This document shows positions 9,685-21,000 of a stretch of 64,000 nucleotides of DNA, in pieces. Within the stretch, counting starts at the first letter, position 1. Every line of letters starts with the position of its first letter. Position numbers and translations under genes: made by a program. The notes beneath the pieces are model-generated. The model saw only the letters and a program-made list of their open reading frames with translations. It was not told the DNA's origin and did no database searches. Source of the stretch: an uncultured Gemmatimonadaceae bacterium (lineage in GTDB: Bacteria; Gemmatimonadota; Gemmatimonadetes; Gemmatimonadales; Gemmatimonadaceae); assembly GCA_963740355.1 (NCBI GenBank), contig CAVUDW010000003.1, positions 2,464,001 to 2,528,000 on the forward strand, in the 5' to 3' direction.

Positions 9685-9811
9685 GGGTCTCTTGGGAATG
9701 CGGAAATGGCATGGGGCGTCGGCGCCGGGGAGGGCGCGCTGCCACGAACCCACAAGTTAGCGCCCACGACCAGCGGGCAACGCGGCGCGCCCCGCCGATG
9801 GAGATCTCAAT

Positions 9812-10024
9812 CAGGATCTCGAGCAGGATCTCGAGCAGGATCTTGATCAAGACCTCTGACCCCTTGATCGGAGGCTAACCCCATGGCAGCAAACGGCTTC
9901 CGCCCACTATTCGCCCGATCAAGATCTCTGACCCCTTGATCGGAGCCTAAGTCCATACCCCCCAACACCTTCCGCGCCGCATCCGCCGTACACCCACCGA
10001 CCAAGATCTCTGACCCCTTGATCG
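9812..10024. repeat. Three spaced palindromic repeats GATCAAG-N11-CTTGATCG preceded by a 12-bp tandem
   Basis: gatcaaga(c/t)ctctgaccccttgatcg at 9845, 9917 and 9999 (third copy has one mismatch); caggatctcgag tandem at 9812..9847. Confidence 0.8.
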
Positions 10025-10114
10025 CCCGACCGCCACGGGCTCACGGATCTTGCCCCCGGCACCAGCAATCGGCCCCGGGCGTACGTACCTTCGGCTCACC
10101 TCTCCCGAACCCAA

Positions 10115-10837
10115 GTGTCCGTGGACTTCTCGAATATCCAGGCGCAGCTCGGCGGCTCGCCGCTGAGCGCGATCCCGATCGTTTTCCTCGCCGGCGTGCT
10201 GACCTCACTCACGCCCTGCATCTACCCGATGATCCCCATCACCGCGGCGATCGTGGGCGGGGCCCAGTCGGCCAGCGGCGGCGCCAGCAAGCGGCGGACC
10301 CTTGGACTGACAATGGCGTATGTGTTCGGGCTGGCTCTGGTGTACTCGGTCCTCGGACTGATCGCCGGCCTGTCTGGCAGCATGTTCGGAGAGATCAGCA
10401 CCAACCCGTGGCTCTACTTCGCCATGGCCAACGTCCTTCTGCTCGCCGCCCTGAGCATGCTGGACGTGTTGCCGATCCGGCTCCCGAACTGGCTCCTGAC
10501 CCGCGCCACCAACGCGGGACAGAACGGCGGCTTCATAGGCGCCTTCGTGATGGGCGCGATGTCCGGCCTGGTGGCAGCCCCCTGCGGCGCCCCGGTCATG
10601 GCCAGCGTCCTCACCTGGGTCGCCACCACCAAATCCGCCGTCCTCGGCTTCATCTACCTGTTCGTCTTTTCGCTCGGCATGTGCTCCCTGCTCGTCGTCG
10701 TCGGCCTCGCCTCCGGCGCCTCCAGTAAACTCCCCCGCAGCGGCGCGTGGATGCTGTGGGTGAAACGGATCTTCGCCGTGCTCATGATCGGCGTCGCCGA
10801 GTACTACCTGATCGAGATGGGCAAGCTGCTCTTCTAG
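10115..10837 (+). CDS. Cytochrome c biogenesis CcdA / DsbD transmembrane domain protein
   Basis: LTSLTPCIYPMIPI and LVAAPCGAP redox Cys motifs; multiple TM helices; PRSGAWM. Confidence 0.9.
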   Translation: MSVDFSNIQAQLGGSPLSAIPIVFLAGVLTSLTPCIYPMIPITAAIVGGAQSASGGASKRRTLGLTMAYVFGLALVYSVLGLIAGLSGSMFGEISTNPWLYFAMANVLLLAALSMLDVLPIRLPNWLLTRATNAGQNGGFIGAFVMGAMSGLVAAPCGAPVMASVLTWVATTKSAVLGFIYLFVFSLGMCSLLVVVGLASGASSKLPRSGAWMLWVKRIFAVLMIGVAEYYLIEMGKLLF

Positions 10838-10881
10838 CTTTTCGAATCTTGCTGTTCGAAGATCATCACACTCAACCACGA

Positions 10882-11385
10882 ATGACGATGTCCTTGCCCT
10901 TTGTCCGTCGACTGGCCCTCTCGGCAGCAATTGCAGCGCCGGCGTTGCTGCGCGCGCAGGAAGCGGGGATTCCGGTCGGGAACGTGGCACCGAATGCCAC
11001 CGTGCAGGCGCTCGACGGTCGACCGGTGCAGCTCTCGCAGTGGATCGGCAAGATGCCCGTGGTGCTCGAGTTCTGGGCCACCTGGTGCAGCAACTGCAAG
11101 GCGCTCGAGCCGGAGATGGTCAAGGTGTCGAAGACCTTCGGGCGCCAGGTGAAGTTCGTCGGTGTCGCGGTCAGCGCGAATCAGACCCCCGAGCGCGTGA
11201 AGCGCTACATGCAGGTGCATCCGACGGGCGTCGAGATGTTGTATGACCGCACTGGCACCGCCGTCGATGCGTATGACGTGCCGGCCACCAGCTACGTGGT
11301 CGTGATCGATCGCGCCGGCAAGGTTGTTTACACAGGGAGCGGTGGTACACAGGACCTGACGGCAGCGATTCGAAAGGCGTTGTGA
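10882..11385 (+). CDS. TlpA/ResA-like thiol-disulfide oxidoreductase
   Basis: Signal-like N-terminus; EFWATWCSNCK thioredoxin motif; adjacent to ccdA. Confidence 0.88.
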   Translation: MTMSLPFVRRLALSAAIAAPALLRAQEAGIPVGNVAPNATVQALDGRPVQLSQWIGKMPVVLEFWATWCSNCKALEPEMVKVSKTFGRQVKFVGVAVSANQTPERVKRYMQVHPTGVEMLYDRTGTAVDAYDVPATSYVVVIDRAGKVVYTGSGGTQDLTAAIRKAL

Positions 11386-11436
11386 TCGCATCTTGATCGG
11401 GCACACCTTCGCCGACGTCGCACAGATGGAATGACG

Positions 11437-11479
11437 AAAGACCGGCCCGCTCGATGTTCCGAGCGGGCCGGTCTTTTTT
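11437..11479. terminator. Intrinsic terminator, probably bidirectional
   Basis: aaagaccggcccgctcg-atgttc-cgagcgggccggtctttttt between convergent genes. Confidence 0.85.
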
Positions 11480-11554
11480 GCATTCGTTGCCCTGTTCTCA
11501 ACCTGCCGATTGGATCACCGCATCATCCTTCACGACGCGGTGACCCGACCATCA

Positions 11555-12997
11555 TCAGCAGCCCGGGCCCTTGAGCGTGGCATCGAGCGGAGCGCGGTAC
11601 AGGCACTCGGCCTGCGGCACCGGCTGCACCTTGATGCGGAAGTGACCCGGCACGTCGAGCGGCAACGTGTTCAGGCGACCGTACTTGCGCACGTCCACCC
11701 AACGGCTCCCTTCCCACAGCAGCGAGTAACGCTTCTCGTAGAGCAGCGCCGTCAGTGCAGCGTTGGCATCAGCAAAGGCGCCCAGTGGTGCCAGGCCGCC
11801 GCTGTTCACACGGATGTAGTTGATGTCCGTGAGTGCCGCGCCAAGGTTGCCGAGACCGATGTTTGCTTCCGCGCGAAGAAGGATGAGTTCTTCGTTACGG
11901 ATGATCGGCAGCGGCGTGACGTTGCTCGGGTACATCTTGAAGCCGACCGTCGTCGGCACACCAGCCGACGCGCCGCCCGGAGGTGACTTGGCCGGAATCG
12001 TCTGCGTCTTGGCACCGACGCGAAGATCGACGACTGCGCCGTTCGTCTGCGCATCAGCCACGATCGAGGCGTGGGCGACCTGGTCAGGCGAGACCGGGTT
12101 GCTCAAGCCGTTCAGTGCATCGCCCGCGGCGGACGAATACACATGGTACGCACCGGCGCGCAGATCGGCGCCAGCGGCCGAGTTCAGGAAGCTCGCGTTC
12201 AGGGCGGCCAGCGCCTCCGTGAAGCGCGCGCTGCCGCCACCAAGCACACCGTAGTTGATCAGGTAGCGTGCCGCGATCGCTCGGTTGAACTTGAGGAAGT
12301 TCGCCGGCGTGTTGAGCCCGGCGAATCCTGTCGTCAGCGTGAACGGGAACGCCGTGCCACCCGCAGCCAGGTCAGCGGCAGCGGAGTTGATCATCGCAAT
12401 GCCGAACTTGAAGGCGGAGTCGCGGCTGACGAACGGCTGTGGCTTGTTGGTCGAGTCGTCGATCGCGACCGGGATACCGATCGAATCGCGCTGCGACAAC
12501 AGGTAGAACACCTGCATCGCACGGAACGTGTTCGCAAAGCCACGCGCTGCGCTCTTCTCCGACGCCGTCAGGAACCCGGCATTGTCGGTGATTTTGATGA
12601 AGTTGATCGCGTTGCGCATGTTCACGAAACGGTTCGTCCAACCGCCGGCGGCGAAGCCGGCGTTGTCGATCTGCGCTGCGGCCAGGTAGTTGGACGTCGA
12701 GCGTCCGTCCGTCTGGAAGTAGTTGTACGACTCGCGACCGAAGATGCCCGCATCGCTGTAGTAGCCGGTGAGGCCCGCCCGCTCCTGGATCAGGATGCCG
12801 CTCGCCAGGTTCTGGACGAGGGCCTTGTCAGGGGTGGTGGTCGTCGCGACCGAGTTGTAGTTCGGAACGTTCAGCGCGTCGGCGTTACACCCTGCAAGCA
12901 GGACTACTGCAACGGCCGCAGCGACAGAGTGGCGAATCATGCCGTCACCGAGTCGGAAGGTTGAGCGCAGCGAAGCTGCGAAATGATGTGTCGTCAT
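11555..12997 (-). CDS. RagB/SusD family outer-membrane lipoprotein (copy 1)
   Basis: Lipobox LAGC; IIRNEELILLRAEA, INYIR and YEKRYSLLWEG.RW.D.R SusD motifs; downstream of susC. Confidence 0.9.
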   Translation of the reverse strand: MTTHHFAASLRSTFRLGDGMIRHSVAAAVAVVLLAGCNADALNVPNYNSVATTTTPDKALVQNLASGILIQERAGLTGYYSDAGIFGRESYNYFQTDGRSTSNYLAAAQIDNAGFAAGGWTNRFVNMRNAINFIKITDNAGFLTASEKSAARGFANTFRAMQVFYLLSQRDSIGIPVAIDDSTNKPQPFVSRDSAFKFGIAMINSAAADLAAGGTAFPFTLTTGFAGLNTPANFLKFNRAIAARYLINYGVLGGGSARFTEALAALNASFLNSAAGADLRAGAYHVYSSAAGDALNGLSNPVSPDQVAHASIVADAQTNGAVVDLRVGAKTQTIPAKSPPGGASAGVPTTVGFKMYPSNVTPLPIIRNEELILLRAEANIGLGNLGAALTDINYIRVNSGGLAPLGAFADANAALTALLYEKRYSLLWEGSRWVDVRKYGRLNTLPLDVPGHFRIKVQPVPQAECLYRAPLDATLKGPGC

Positions 12998-13000
12998 GGC

Positions 13001-16000
13001 TTAGAACCCGAAGTCCACGCCGAACGAGAAGTTCTTCGTCGGAGGGAATGGCGCCAGGTCGACGAAACGGCCGACGTTGTTGCTGCCGAAGTTGTTCACT
13101 TCGGGATCGGCGCCCCAGTACTTGGTCCAGGTGTGCAGGTTACGACCGGTCAGGTTCAGGCGCACATCGCTGAAGCGCGTACCGAGGTAGCGCTGCGTGA
13201 ACTTCGCCGGCACGGCGTAGGTCAGCGACACTTCGCGGAGCTTCACGAAGCTGCCATCCTGCACGTAGGACGTCGCATTGCGACCGCCATTCCACAAGTC
13301 GTAGCGGTACTCACCGAGGATCGCGGTCGCCGACGTGTCGACGTAGCTGATCAGGTTCGTGCCATTGCTCTTGCGGCACATGATCATCGTGCTCGAGCCA
13401 TTGCGGCACGGCGACGGCGCATCGTAGTCGCGCGAGTTTTGTCCTTCGTCAAACAGGTTGTTCGACAGGTTCGACAGGTCACCGCCCTTGCGCCAGTCGA
13501 GCTGGATGCCGAGCGAGAAGCGACCGACCGTGAAGTTGTTCGAGAAGAACATTTCATGGTCCGGCGTTGCTTCACCGACGATCGTGTCACGCGTGATGAC
13601 CGAGTCCGGCAGGCCCGTGCGGGCGATGAAGATCGGCTTGTTGCCCCAGATCGCCGTCGTGCTCACACCCTGTGCGATACGGGCGCGACCGAACGCAGCG
13701 CCGAAGCCCGTGCTGGCGGCGTTGAACGTTGCGATCGGCAACGATTCCACCTTGTTCTTGATCTTCTGGAACGAGGTGCGTGACACCCAGCTGAAGCCCT
13801 TGGTGCGAATCGGCTCGATCGTGACAGCGACTTCACTGCCCTTGTTACGCAGCAGGCCGCCGTTGAAGAACTCGGTCGAGATACCGCTCGAGAGGGCCAA
13901 CGGACGCTGCAGGAACTGATCCTTGATCTTGGCGTCGAAGTACGTGAATTCGACACCGACGCGACCATTGAAGCCGCGAGCATCGAAGCCGTACTCGGTC
14001 TCCTGCTTCCGCTCGGGGAAGATGTTCGGGTTGCCCAGCAAACCGTTCACACCGAGACCGTTGCCGCCATTGATCAGGCCCGTGCCCGAGAGCGTGATGA
14101 AACGGGCGCCGTACGTCGGACGGTTACCCGTCTCGCCCCAGGAGGCGCGGAGCTTGAATTCATCGAGGTGCGGCAGCGCATTCACGAAGCGATACGAACC
14201 CTGCACGGCCGGGTAGGTATAGAACTTCTTGAAGTCGCCGTTGTCGCTCGAGCGGTCGCCGCGAAGGCTGCCGGCGAGATACAGCTTCTCGTCGAACGCC
14301 AGGATCGACTGCTGCACGTACCAGGCCTGGTCGATTTCCTTCGACTTGCCCTGCGTCGTGGCCTGCGTGCCCTGGTTCACATTCGTGATGCCCGGGATCA
14401 GGCCGCGGGCCTGTACGCGATAGCTGTTCAAGCGCTGCTGTTCTTCCGTGATGCCAGCCACAGTGCTGAGCGAGAACGGCATGTTCGACGGCGTGAAGTC
14501 GTACGACAGGCTCAGGCGCTGGTTCAACTGGCGGCTGATTGCGTTCGACTGCACCGCGGTACCGAGCAGGCCGTCATTGCCTTCGTACTGCAGGAAGTTC
14601 GGGCTGTAGATCTGGTTGTCCTGATCGAAGCGATCGATTCCGGCCAGGTATTCAAAGCGGAGGCGGTTCGCCGCGCTCTGCAGGGCCTGGAACGACACCG
14701 AGCCGGCACCGATGAAGCGGTTCACGTCTTCGGTGTTCTTGATGTACGTGAAGGTCGCGAACGGGTTCGAGCCCGTCACACCACCACCACCGGCGTACGG
14801 ATTGACCGGGAAGTTCCCCTGGGCATCGCGCGTGCGCTGGTCGAAGAAGCTCGGCGTGTACCCGAAGTTGTAGCCCGGGCTGGTGTTCGAGTTGTCGTTG
14901 TTCGAGATCGCACGATTGGCATTGTTGCGCGTGATGCCAAGATCGAGCTTTGCCGACAAGCGGCTCGACACGTTGTGGTCGATGTTGATGCGGGCGTTGT
15001 CGCGGAGTGCGTTGGTGTTGATCGCAATGCCGCCTTCCAACTGCCGGCTCACCGACGCCAGGTAGCGCGTGCCACCATCGGCCGTGCCACCGCTCACAGA
15101 GAGGGCGGAGTTGTAGCCGAAGCCCTTCTCACCGAACAGCTGGGCCGAGAAGTCGTTGTACGGAATCGTGTTGCCATTCGCCGCGTAGATCTGACGGAAG
15201 ATCGCTTCGCCATTCGGGCCACCGAAGTTTCCGGCGGCTGCGAGGGCGGAGGTCGTGTCCGTGAAGCGACGCTGGCCAACCGTGCGCAAGGCGGTCGACT
15301 GCCCGACGCGCTGGCTGAACGACCACTTCGGCGCACCCGCCTTGCCGCGCTTGGTGGTGATCAGCACGACACCATTCGTTGCACGCGAGCCGTAGAGCGA
15401 GGCGGCCGCGGCGCCCTTCAGCACCTGGATATCCTCGATTTCCGACGGGTTCATGTCGGCCAGGCGGTTCGTCGGGTTGTCCTGGTTGGTGGCGATACCA
15501 CCACCGGCACCCGTGATCGAGTTGGCACCGCTCGAGATCGATGTGTTCGACATGATGACGCCGTCGATCACGAACAGCGGCTGGCCGTTGCCAAGGATCG
15601 ACGTCACGCCGCGAATCTGGATCTGACCACCGCCGCCTGGGGCGCCGGAGTTCAGATTGATGCGCGCACCGACCACCTTGCCCTGCAACGCCTGGTCGAG
15701 TGAGTTCGACGGCACCGCCGCCAACGCTTCACCGCCGACCGAGACCACGGCCGTGGCCGCGTTCTTCCGTTCCAGCGTACCCTGCTGGCCCGTCACCACG
15801 ATGCCTTCCAACTGCAGCACGTCCTTCTTCATCACCACATCGGCGCTGCTGCTCGCAGCAGGAACCAGCACCGTCTTCAGTGTGTACCCGATACGACGAA
15901 CACGCAGAGACACGGCGCCGTTCGGCACCATCAACGAGTAGACACCGGCATCATTCGTGTAGGCACCGATCGTGGTGCCGACGAGCTGCACGCTCACGTT

Positions 16001-16123
16001 GCTGAGCGGTGAACCGCTCCCTTCCTCTGTCACCTTGCCGCTGATGCGCCGCTGCGCCAGCAGCTCGCCTGCCGCTAGCGCCAACAGCGCTAGTACGGTG
16101 GCTCCCCGACGGATGAGACCCAC
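13001..16123 (-). CDS. SusC/RagA family TonB-dependent transporter (copy 1)
   Basis: N-terminal carboxypeptidase-regulatory-like domain; plug PLFVIDG...VLKGAAAASLYGSRATNGVVLITTKRG; terminal Phe; GTG at 16123 with GGAGGAGG RBS. Confidence 0.93.
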   Translation of the reverse strand: MGLIRRGATVLALLALAAGELLAQRRISGKVTEEGSGSPLSNVSVQLVGTTIGAYTNDAGVYSLMVPNGAVSLRVRRIGYTLKTVLVPAASSSADVVMKKDVLQLEGIVVTGQQGTLERKNAATAVVSVGGEALAAVPSNSLDQALQGKVVGARINLNSGAPGGGGQIQIRGVTSILGNGQPLFVIDGVIMSNTSISSGANSITGAGGGIATNQDNPTNRLADMNPSEIEDIQVLKGAAAASLYGSRATNGVVLITTKRGKAGAPKWSFSQRVGQSTALRTVGQRRFTDTTSALAAAGNFGGPNGEAIFRQIYAANGNTIPYNDFSAQLFGEKGFGYNSALSVSGGTADGGTRYLASVSRQLEGGIAINTNALRDNARINIDHNVSSRLSAKLDLGITRNNANRAISNNDNSNTSPGYNFGYTPSFFDQRTRDAQGNFPVNPYAGGGGVTGSNPFATFTYIKNTEDVNRFIGAGSVSFQALQSAANRLRFEYLAGIDRFDQDNQIYSPNFLQYEGNDGLLGTAVQSNAISRQLNQRLSLSYDFTPSNMPFSLSTVAGITEEQQRLNSYRVQARGLIPGITNVNQGTQATTQGKSKEIDQAWYVQQSILAFDEKLYLAGSLRGDRSSDNGDFKKFYTYPAVQGSYRFVNALPHLDEFKLRASWGETGNRPTYGARFITLSGTGLINGGNGLGVNGLLGNPNIFPERKQETEYGFDARGFNGRVGVEFTYFDAKIKDQFLQRPLALSSGISTEFFNGGLLRNKGSEVAVTIEPIRTKGFSWVSRTSFQKIKNKVESLPIATFNAASTGFGAAFGRARIAQGVSTTAIWGNKPIFIARTGLPDSVITRDTIVGEATPDHEMFFSNNFTVGRFSLGIQLDWRKGGDLSNLSNNLFDEGQNSRDYDAPSPCRNGSSTMIMCRKSNGTNLISYVDTSATAILGEYRYDLWNGGRNATSYVQDGSFVKLREVSLTYAVPAKFTQRYLGTRFSDVRLNLTGRNLHTWTKYWGADPEVNNFGSNNVGRFVDLAPFPPTKNFSFGVDFGF

Positions 16124-16213
16124 GGATCCTCCTCCCCAATTGATGTCTGGACTGCCGCCGCAACGATGCGGCACGGCCAGACGGCCGTGCTATATCAGAA
16201 GTGGCTGGGGGTG

Positions 16214-16242
16214 AGATTGGCGCGTGGCAATCGTCGTGTCAA
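16214..16242 (-). promoter_or_regulatory. Putative sigma70 promoter of susC copy 1
   Basis: TTGACA-N17-CAATCT with the -35 about 119 nt before the start; same layout upstream of copy 2. Confidence 0.6.
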
Positions 16243-16430
16243 CAAATTCGTGACCGTAAAGAGCTGTTATTACAGCCGCTTGCTCGCAGTCCCGTGACCT
16301 TTTCCCTCTAAGAAATATCACAGGCGGCACATTTTGCCGCCCGTGGTACTCAGGAATGGGCAGCGCAGAATCAAGGTCTCGGCCCTCCCGGCTGCCTCCC
16401 GTCGCCGGCTCGGCAGCCGGACTCTGGCGA

Positions 16431-16477
16431 AACGAGAGGCGGCCCTGACGTGTGATACGTCAGGACCGCCTCTCGTT
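16431..16477 (-). terminator. Long hairpin downstream of susD copy 2 (probable terminator)
   Basis: aacgagaggcggccctgacg...cgtcaggaccgcctctcgtt, near-perfect 20-bp stem. Confidence 0.6.
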
Positions 16478-16604
16478 CTTCCGTACGCACTGTCTTGCGA
16501 AATCGCAGCGATTTCAACGATCGAACCTGCCATCTCAAGACGACGAGACGTCCGCCGTCTCGCGCCACACCGGAATCAGGTCATCCGGTGTGGCACGAGA
16601 AACA

Positions 16605-18044
16605 TCAGCAGCCCGGTCCCTTCAGCGTCGCATCCAGCGGTGCCCGGAACAGGCACTCGGCCTGCGGAACCGGCTGCACCTTGATGCGGAAGTGACCCGC
16701 GACGTCGAGCGGCAGGGTGTTGAGGCGACCGTACTTGCGCACGTCCACCCAGCGACTGCCTTCCCACAGCAACGAGTAGCGCTTCTCGTAGAGCAACGCC
16801 GTCAATGCGGCGTTGGCATCGACGAACGGAGCCAGCGGCAACAGTCCGCCGCTGTTCACACGGACGTAGTTGATGTCCGTGAGTGCCGCGCCAAGGTTGC
16901 CGAGACCGATGTTTGCTTCCGCGCGCAGAAGGATCAGTTCTTCGTTGCGGATGATCGGCAGCGGCGTGACGTTGGTCGGATACATCTTGAAGCCGACCGT
17001 CGTCGGGATACCAGCCGTCGCGCCACCCGGCGGTGACTTCGCCGGAATGGTCTGTGTCTTCGCATCAACACGCAGGTCGCGGGTCAGCCCGTTCGACTGG
17101 GCGTCAGCCACGATCGACGGATGTGCCACCTGGTCAGGTGAGACCGGGTTGCTCAAGCCGTTCAATGCATCGCCGGCAGCCGATGAGAACACATGGTACG
17201 CACCGGCTCGCAGATCGGCGCCAGCGGCCGAGTTCAGGAAGCTCGCGTTCAGGGCGGCCAGCGCCTCCGTGAAGCGCGTGGTTCCACCACCGAGGACACC
17301 GTAGTTGATCAGGTATCGTGCGGCGATCGCCCGGTTGAACTTGAGGAAGTTCGCCGGCGTGTTGAGCCCAGCGAATCCTGTCGTCAACGTGAACGGGAAC
17401 GCCGTGCCACCCGCAGCCAGGTCTGCTGCAGCGGAGTTGATCAGGGCGATTCCATACTTGAATGCAGAATCGCGGCTGACGAACGGCTGCGCCGTGTTGA
17501 GGGTGTCATCGATTTCAACCGGGATGCCCACCGAGTCACGCGACGACAACAGGTAGAACACCTGCATCGCCCGGAACGTGTTGGCGAACCCGCGCGAGGC
17601 GCTCTTCTGCTCGGCGGTGAGGAAGCCCGCACCCTGCGTGATCTTGATGAAGTTGATCGCGTTTCGCATGTTCACGAAACGGCCCGTCCAGCCGCCGGCG
17701 GCGAAGCCGGCGTTGTCGATCTGGGCTGCCGCCAGGTAGTTGGACGTCGAGCGTCCGTCCGTCTGGAAGTAGTTGTACGACTCGCGACCGAAGATGCCGG
17801 CATCACTGTAGAAGCCGGGCAGGTTTGCACGCTCCTGGATCAGGATGCCGCTCGCCAGGTTCTGGACCAGTGCCAGGTCAGGCGTGGTCGTGGTCGCGAC
17901 CGAGTTGTAGTTCGGAACGTTCAGCGCATCGGCGTTGCACCCTGCAAGCAGGACAACTGCAACGGCCGCAGCGACAGAGTGGCGAATCATGCCGTCACCG
18001 AGTCGGAAGGTTGAGCGCAGCGAGGCTGCGAATTGGTTTGTCAT
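16605..18044 (-). CDS. RagB/SusD family outer-membrane lipoprotein (copy 2)
   Basis: Near-identical paralog of 11555..12997. Confidence 0.9.
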   Translation of the reverse strand: MTNQFAASLRSTFRLGDGMIRHSVAAAVAVVLLAGCNADALNVPNYNSVATTTTPDLALVQNLASGILIQERANLPGFYSDAGIFGRESYNYFQTDGRSTSNYLAAAQIDNAGFAAGGWTGRFVNMRNAINFIKITQGAGFLTAEQKSASRGFANTFRAMQVFYLLSSRDSVGIPVEIDDTLNTAQPFVSRDSAFKYGIALINSAAADLAAGGTAFPFTLTTGFAGLNTPANFLKFNRAIAARYLINYGVLGGGTTRFTEALAALNASFLNSAAGADLRAGAYHVFSSAAGDALNGLSNPVSPDQVAHPSIVADAQSNGLTRDLRVDAKTQTIPAKSPPGGATAGIPTTVGFKMYPTNVTPLPIIRNEELILLRAEANIGLGNLGAALTDINYVRVNSGGLLPLAPFVDANAALTALLYEKRYSLLWEGSRWVDVRKYGRLNTLPLDVAGHFRIKVQPVPQAECLFRAPLDATLKGPGC

Positions 18045-18047
18045 GGC

Positions 18048-21000
18048 TTAGAACCCGAAGTCCACGCCGAACGAGAAGTTCTTCGTCGGGGGGAACGGAG
18101 CCAGATCGACGAAACGACCGACGTTGTTGCTGCCGAAGTTGTTCACTTCGGGATCGGCGCCCCAGTACTTGGTCCAGGTGTGCAGGTTACGACCGGTCAG
18201 GTTCAGGCGCACATCGCTGAAGCGCGTACCGAGGTAGCGCTGCGTGAACTTCGCCGGCACGGCGTAGGTCAGCGACACTTCGCGGAGCTTCACGAAGCTG
18301 CCATCCTGCACGTAGGACGTCGCATTGCGACCGCCATTCCACAAGTCGTAGCGGTACTCACCGAGGATCGCGGTCGCCGACGTGTCGACGTAGCTGATCA
18401 GGTTCGTGCCATTGCTCTTGCGGCACATGATCATCGTGCTCGAGCCATTGCGGCACGGCGACGGCGCATCGTAGTCGCGCGAGTTTTGTCCTTCGTCAAA
18501 CAGGTTGTTCGACAGGTTCGACAGGTCACCGCCCTTGCGCCAGTCGAGCTGGATGCCGAGCGAGAAGCGACCGACCGTGAAGTTGTTCGAGAAGAACATT
18601 TCATGGTCTGGCGTCGCATCGCCGACGATCGTGTCGCGCGTGATGACCGAATCCGGCAGGCCAGTGCGCGCGATGAAGATCGGCTTGTTGCCCCAGATCG
18701 CCGTGGTGCTCACACCCTGCGCGATACGAGCGCGACCGAAGGCAGCACCGAAGCCAGTGCTGGCCGCGTTGAACGGCGCGATCGGGAGGCTCTCGACCTT
18801 ATTGCGAATGCGCTGGAACGAGGTGCGCGACACCCAGCTGAAGCCCTTTGCACGGATCGGCTCGATCGTCAGCGCGACTTCAGTGCCCTTGTTCCGCAAT
18901 GAACCACCATTGAAGAACTCCGTCGAAATGCCGCTCGAGAGTGCCAACGGGCGCTGCAGGAACTGGTCGACGATCTTGGCATCGAAGTAGGTGAACTCGA
19001 CACCGACGCGACCGTTGAAGCCGCGGGCATCGAAGCCATACTCGGTTTCCTTCTTCCGCTCAGGGAAGATGTTCGGATTGCCGAGCGAGCCGTTGACGCC
19101 AAGGCCGTTGCCACCGTTGATGAGGCCCGTACCGGAGAGCGTGATGAAACGCGCGCCGTACGTCGGACGGTTGCCTGTCTCACCCCACGAGGCGCGGAGC
19201 TTGAATTCATCGAGGTGCGGCAGCGCATTCACGAAGCGATACGAACCCTGCACGGCCGGGTAGGTATAGAACTTCTTGAAGTCGCCGTTGTCGCTCGAGC
19301 GGTCACCGCGAAGGCTACCTGACAGGTAGAGCTTTTCGTCGAAGGCCAGGATCGACTGCTGCACGTACCAGGCCTGGTCGATTTCCTTCTGCTTCGCCTG
19401 GATCGTGGCCTGCGTGCCCTGGTTCACGTTCGTGATGCCCGGGATCAGGCCGCGGGCCTGCACACGATACTGATTCAGGCGCTGCTGCTCTTCCGTGATA
19501 CCAGCAACGGTGCTGAGCGAGAACGGCATGTTCGACGGCGTGAAGTCATACGAGAGGCTCAGGCGCTGGTTCAACTGGCGGCTGATTGCGTTCGACTGCA
19601 CGGCCGTGCCGAGCAAGCCATCGTTCCCTTCGTACTGCAGGAAGTTCGGGCTGTAGATCTGGTTGTCCTGGTCGAACTGGTCGACACCCGCCAGGTATTC
19701 GAACCGGAGGCGATTGGCTGCCGACTGGATCGCCTGGTACGACAGCGAGCCGCTGCCGATGAAGCGGTTCACGTCTTCCGTGTTCTTGATGTACGTGTAT
19801 GTCGCGAACGGGTTGGAACCGGTGATGCCACCACCACCCGCGTACGGATTGACCGGGAAGTTCCCCTGGGCATCGCGCGTGCGCTGGTCGAAGAAGCTCG
19901 GCGTGTAGCCGAAGTTGTAGCCAGGGCTGGTGTTCGAGTTGTCGTTGTTCGAGATGGCGCGATTCGCGTTGTTGCGCGTGATGCCAAGATCGAGCTTCGC
20001 CGACAACCGGCTCGACACATTGTGGTCGATGTTGATGCGGGCATTATCGCGAAGTGCGTTGGTGTTGATCGCGATACCACCTTCCAACTGACGACCCACC
20101 GACGCCAGGTAGCGCGTGCCACCATCGGCCGTGCCACCGCTCACCGAGAGTGCGGTGTTGTAGCCGAAGCCCTTCTCACCGAACAGCTGGGCCGAGAAGT
20201 CGTTGTACGGAATCGTGTTGCCATTGGCCGCGTAGATCTGACGGAAGACCGCCTCACCATTCGGGCCACCGAACAAACCGGCAGCAGAGATCGCCGCGGT
20301 GGTGTCCTGGAAGCGACGCTGGCCGACCGTGCGCAGCGCGGTCGACTGGCCGACACGCTGGCTGAACGACCACTTCGGCGCACCGGCCTTGCCGCGCTTG
20401 GTGGTGATCAGGATCACGCCATTGGTGGCGCGTGAACCGTACAGCGAGGCCGCCGCGGCGCCCTTCAGCACCTGGATGTCCTCGATTTCCGACGGGTTCA
20501 TGTCCGCGAGGCGGTTCGTCGGGTTGTCCTGGTTGGTGGCGATACCGCCGCCGGCACCCGTGATCGAGTTGGCACCGCTGGCGATCGACGTATTCGACAT
20601 GATGACGCCGTCGATGACGAACAACGGCTGGCCGTTACCGAGGATCGAGGTCACGCCGCGAATCTGGATCTGACCACCGCCGCCTGGGGCGCCGGAGTTC
20701 AGGTTGATGCGCGCGCCAACCACCTTGCCCTGCAGGGCCTGGTCGAGTGAGTTCGACGGCACCGCCGCCAACGCTTCACCGCCGACCGAGACCACGGCCG
20801 TGGCCGCATTCTTCCGTTCCAGCGTACCCTGCTGGCCCGTCACCACGATGCCTTCCAGCTGCAACACGTCCTTCTTCAGCGAGACGTCCACCGACGAACC
20901 GCCCGCGGGTACGAGGACGGTCTTCAGGGTGTAGCCGATGCGACGGACACGCAACGAGACAGCGCCGTTCGGCACCATCAGCGAGAACGTGCCGGCATCG

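Noticed and set aside
14168..15703. Long antisense ORFs over susC, ettA, tkt and other genes
   Set aside because: Typical shadow ORFs of high-GC codon usage opposite well-supported genes
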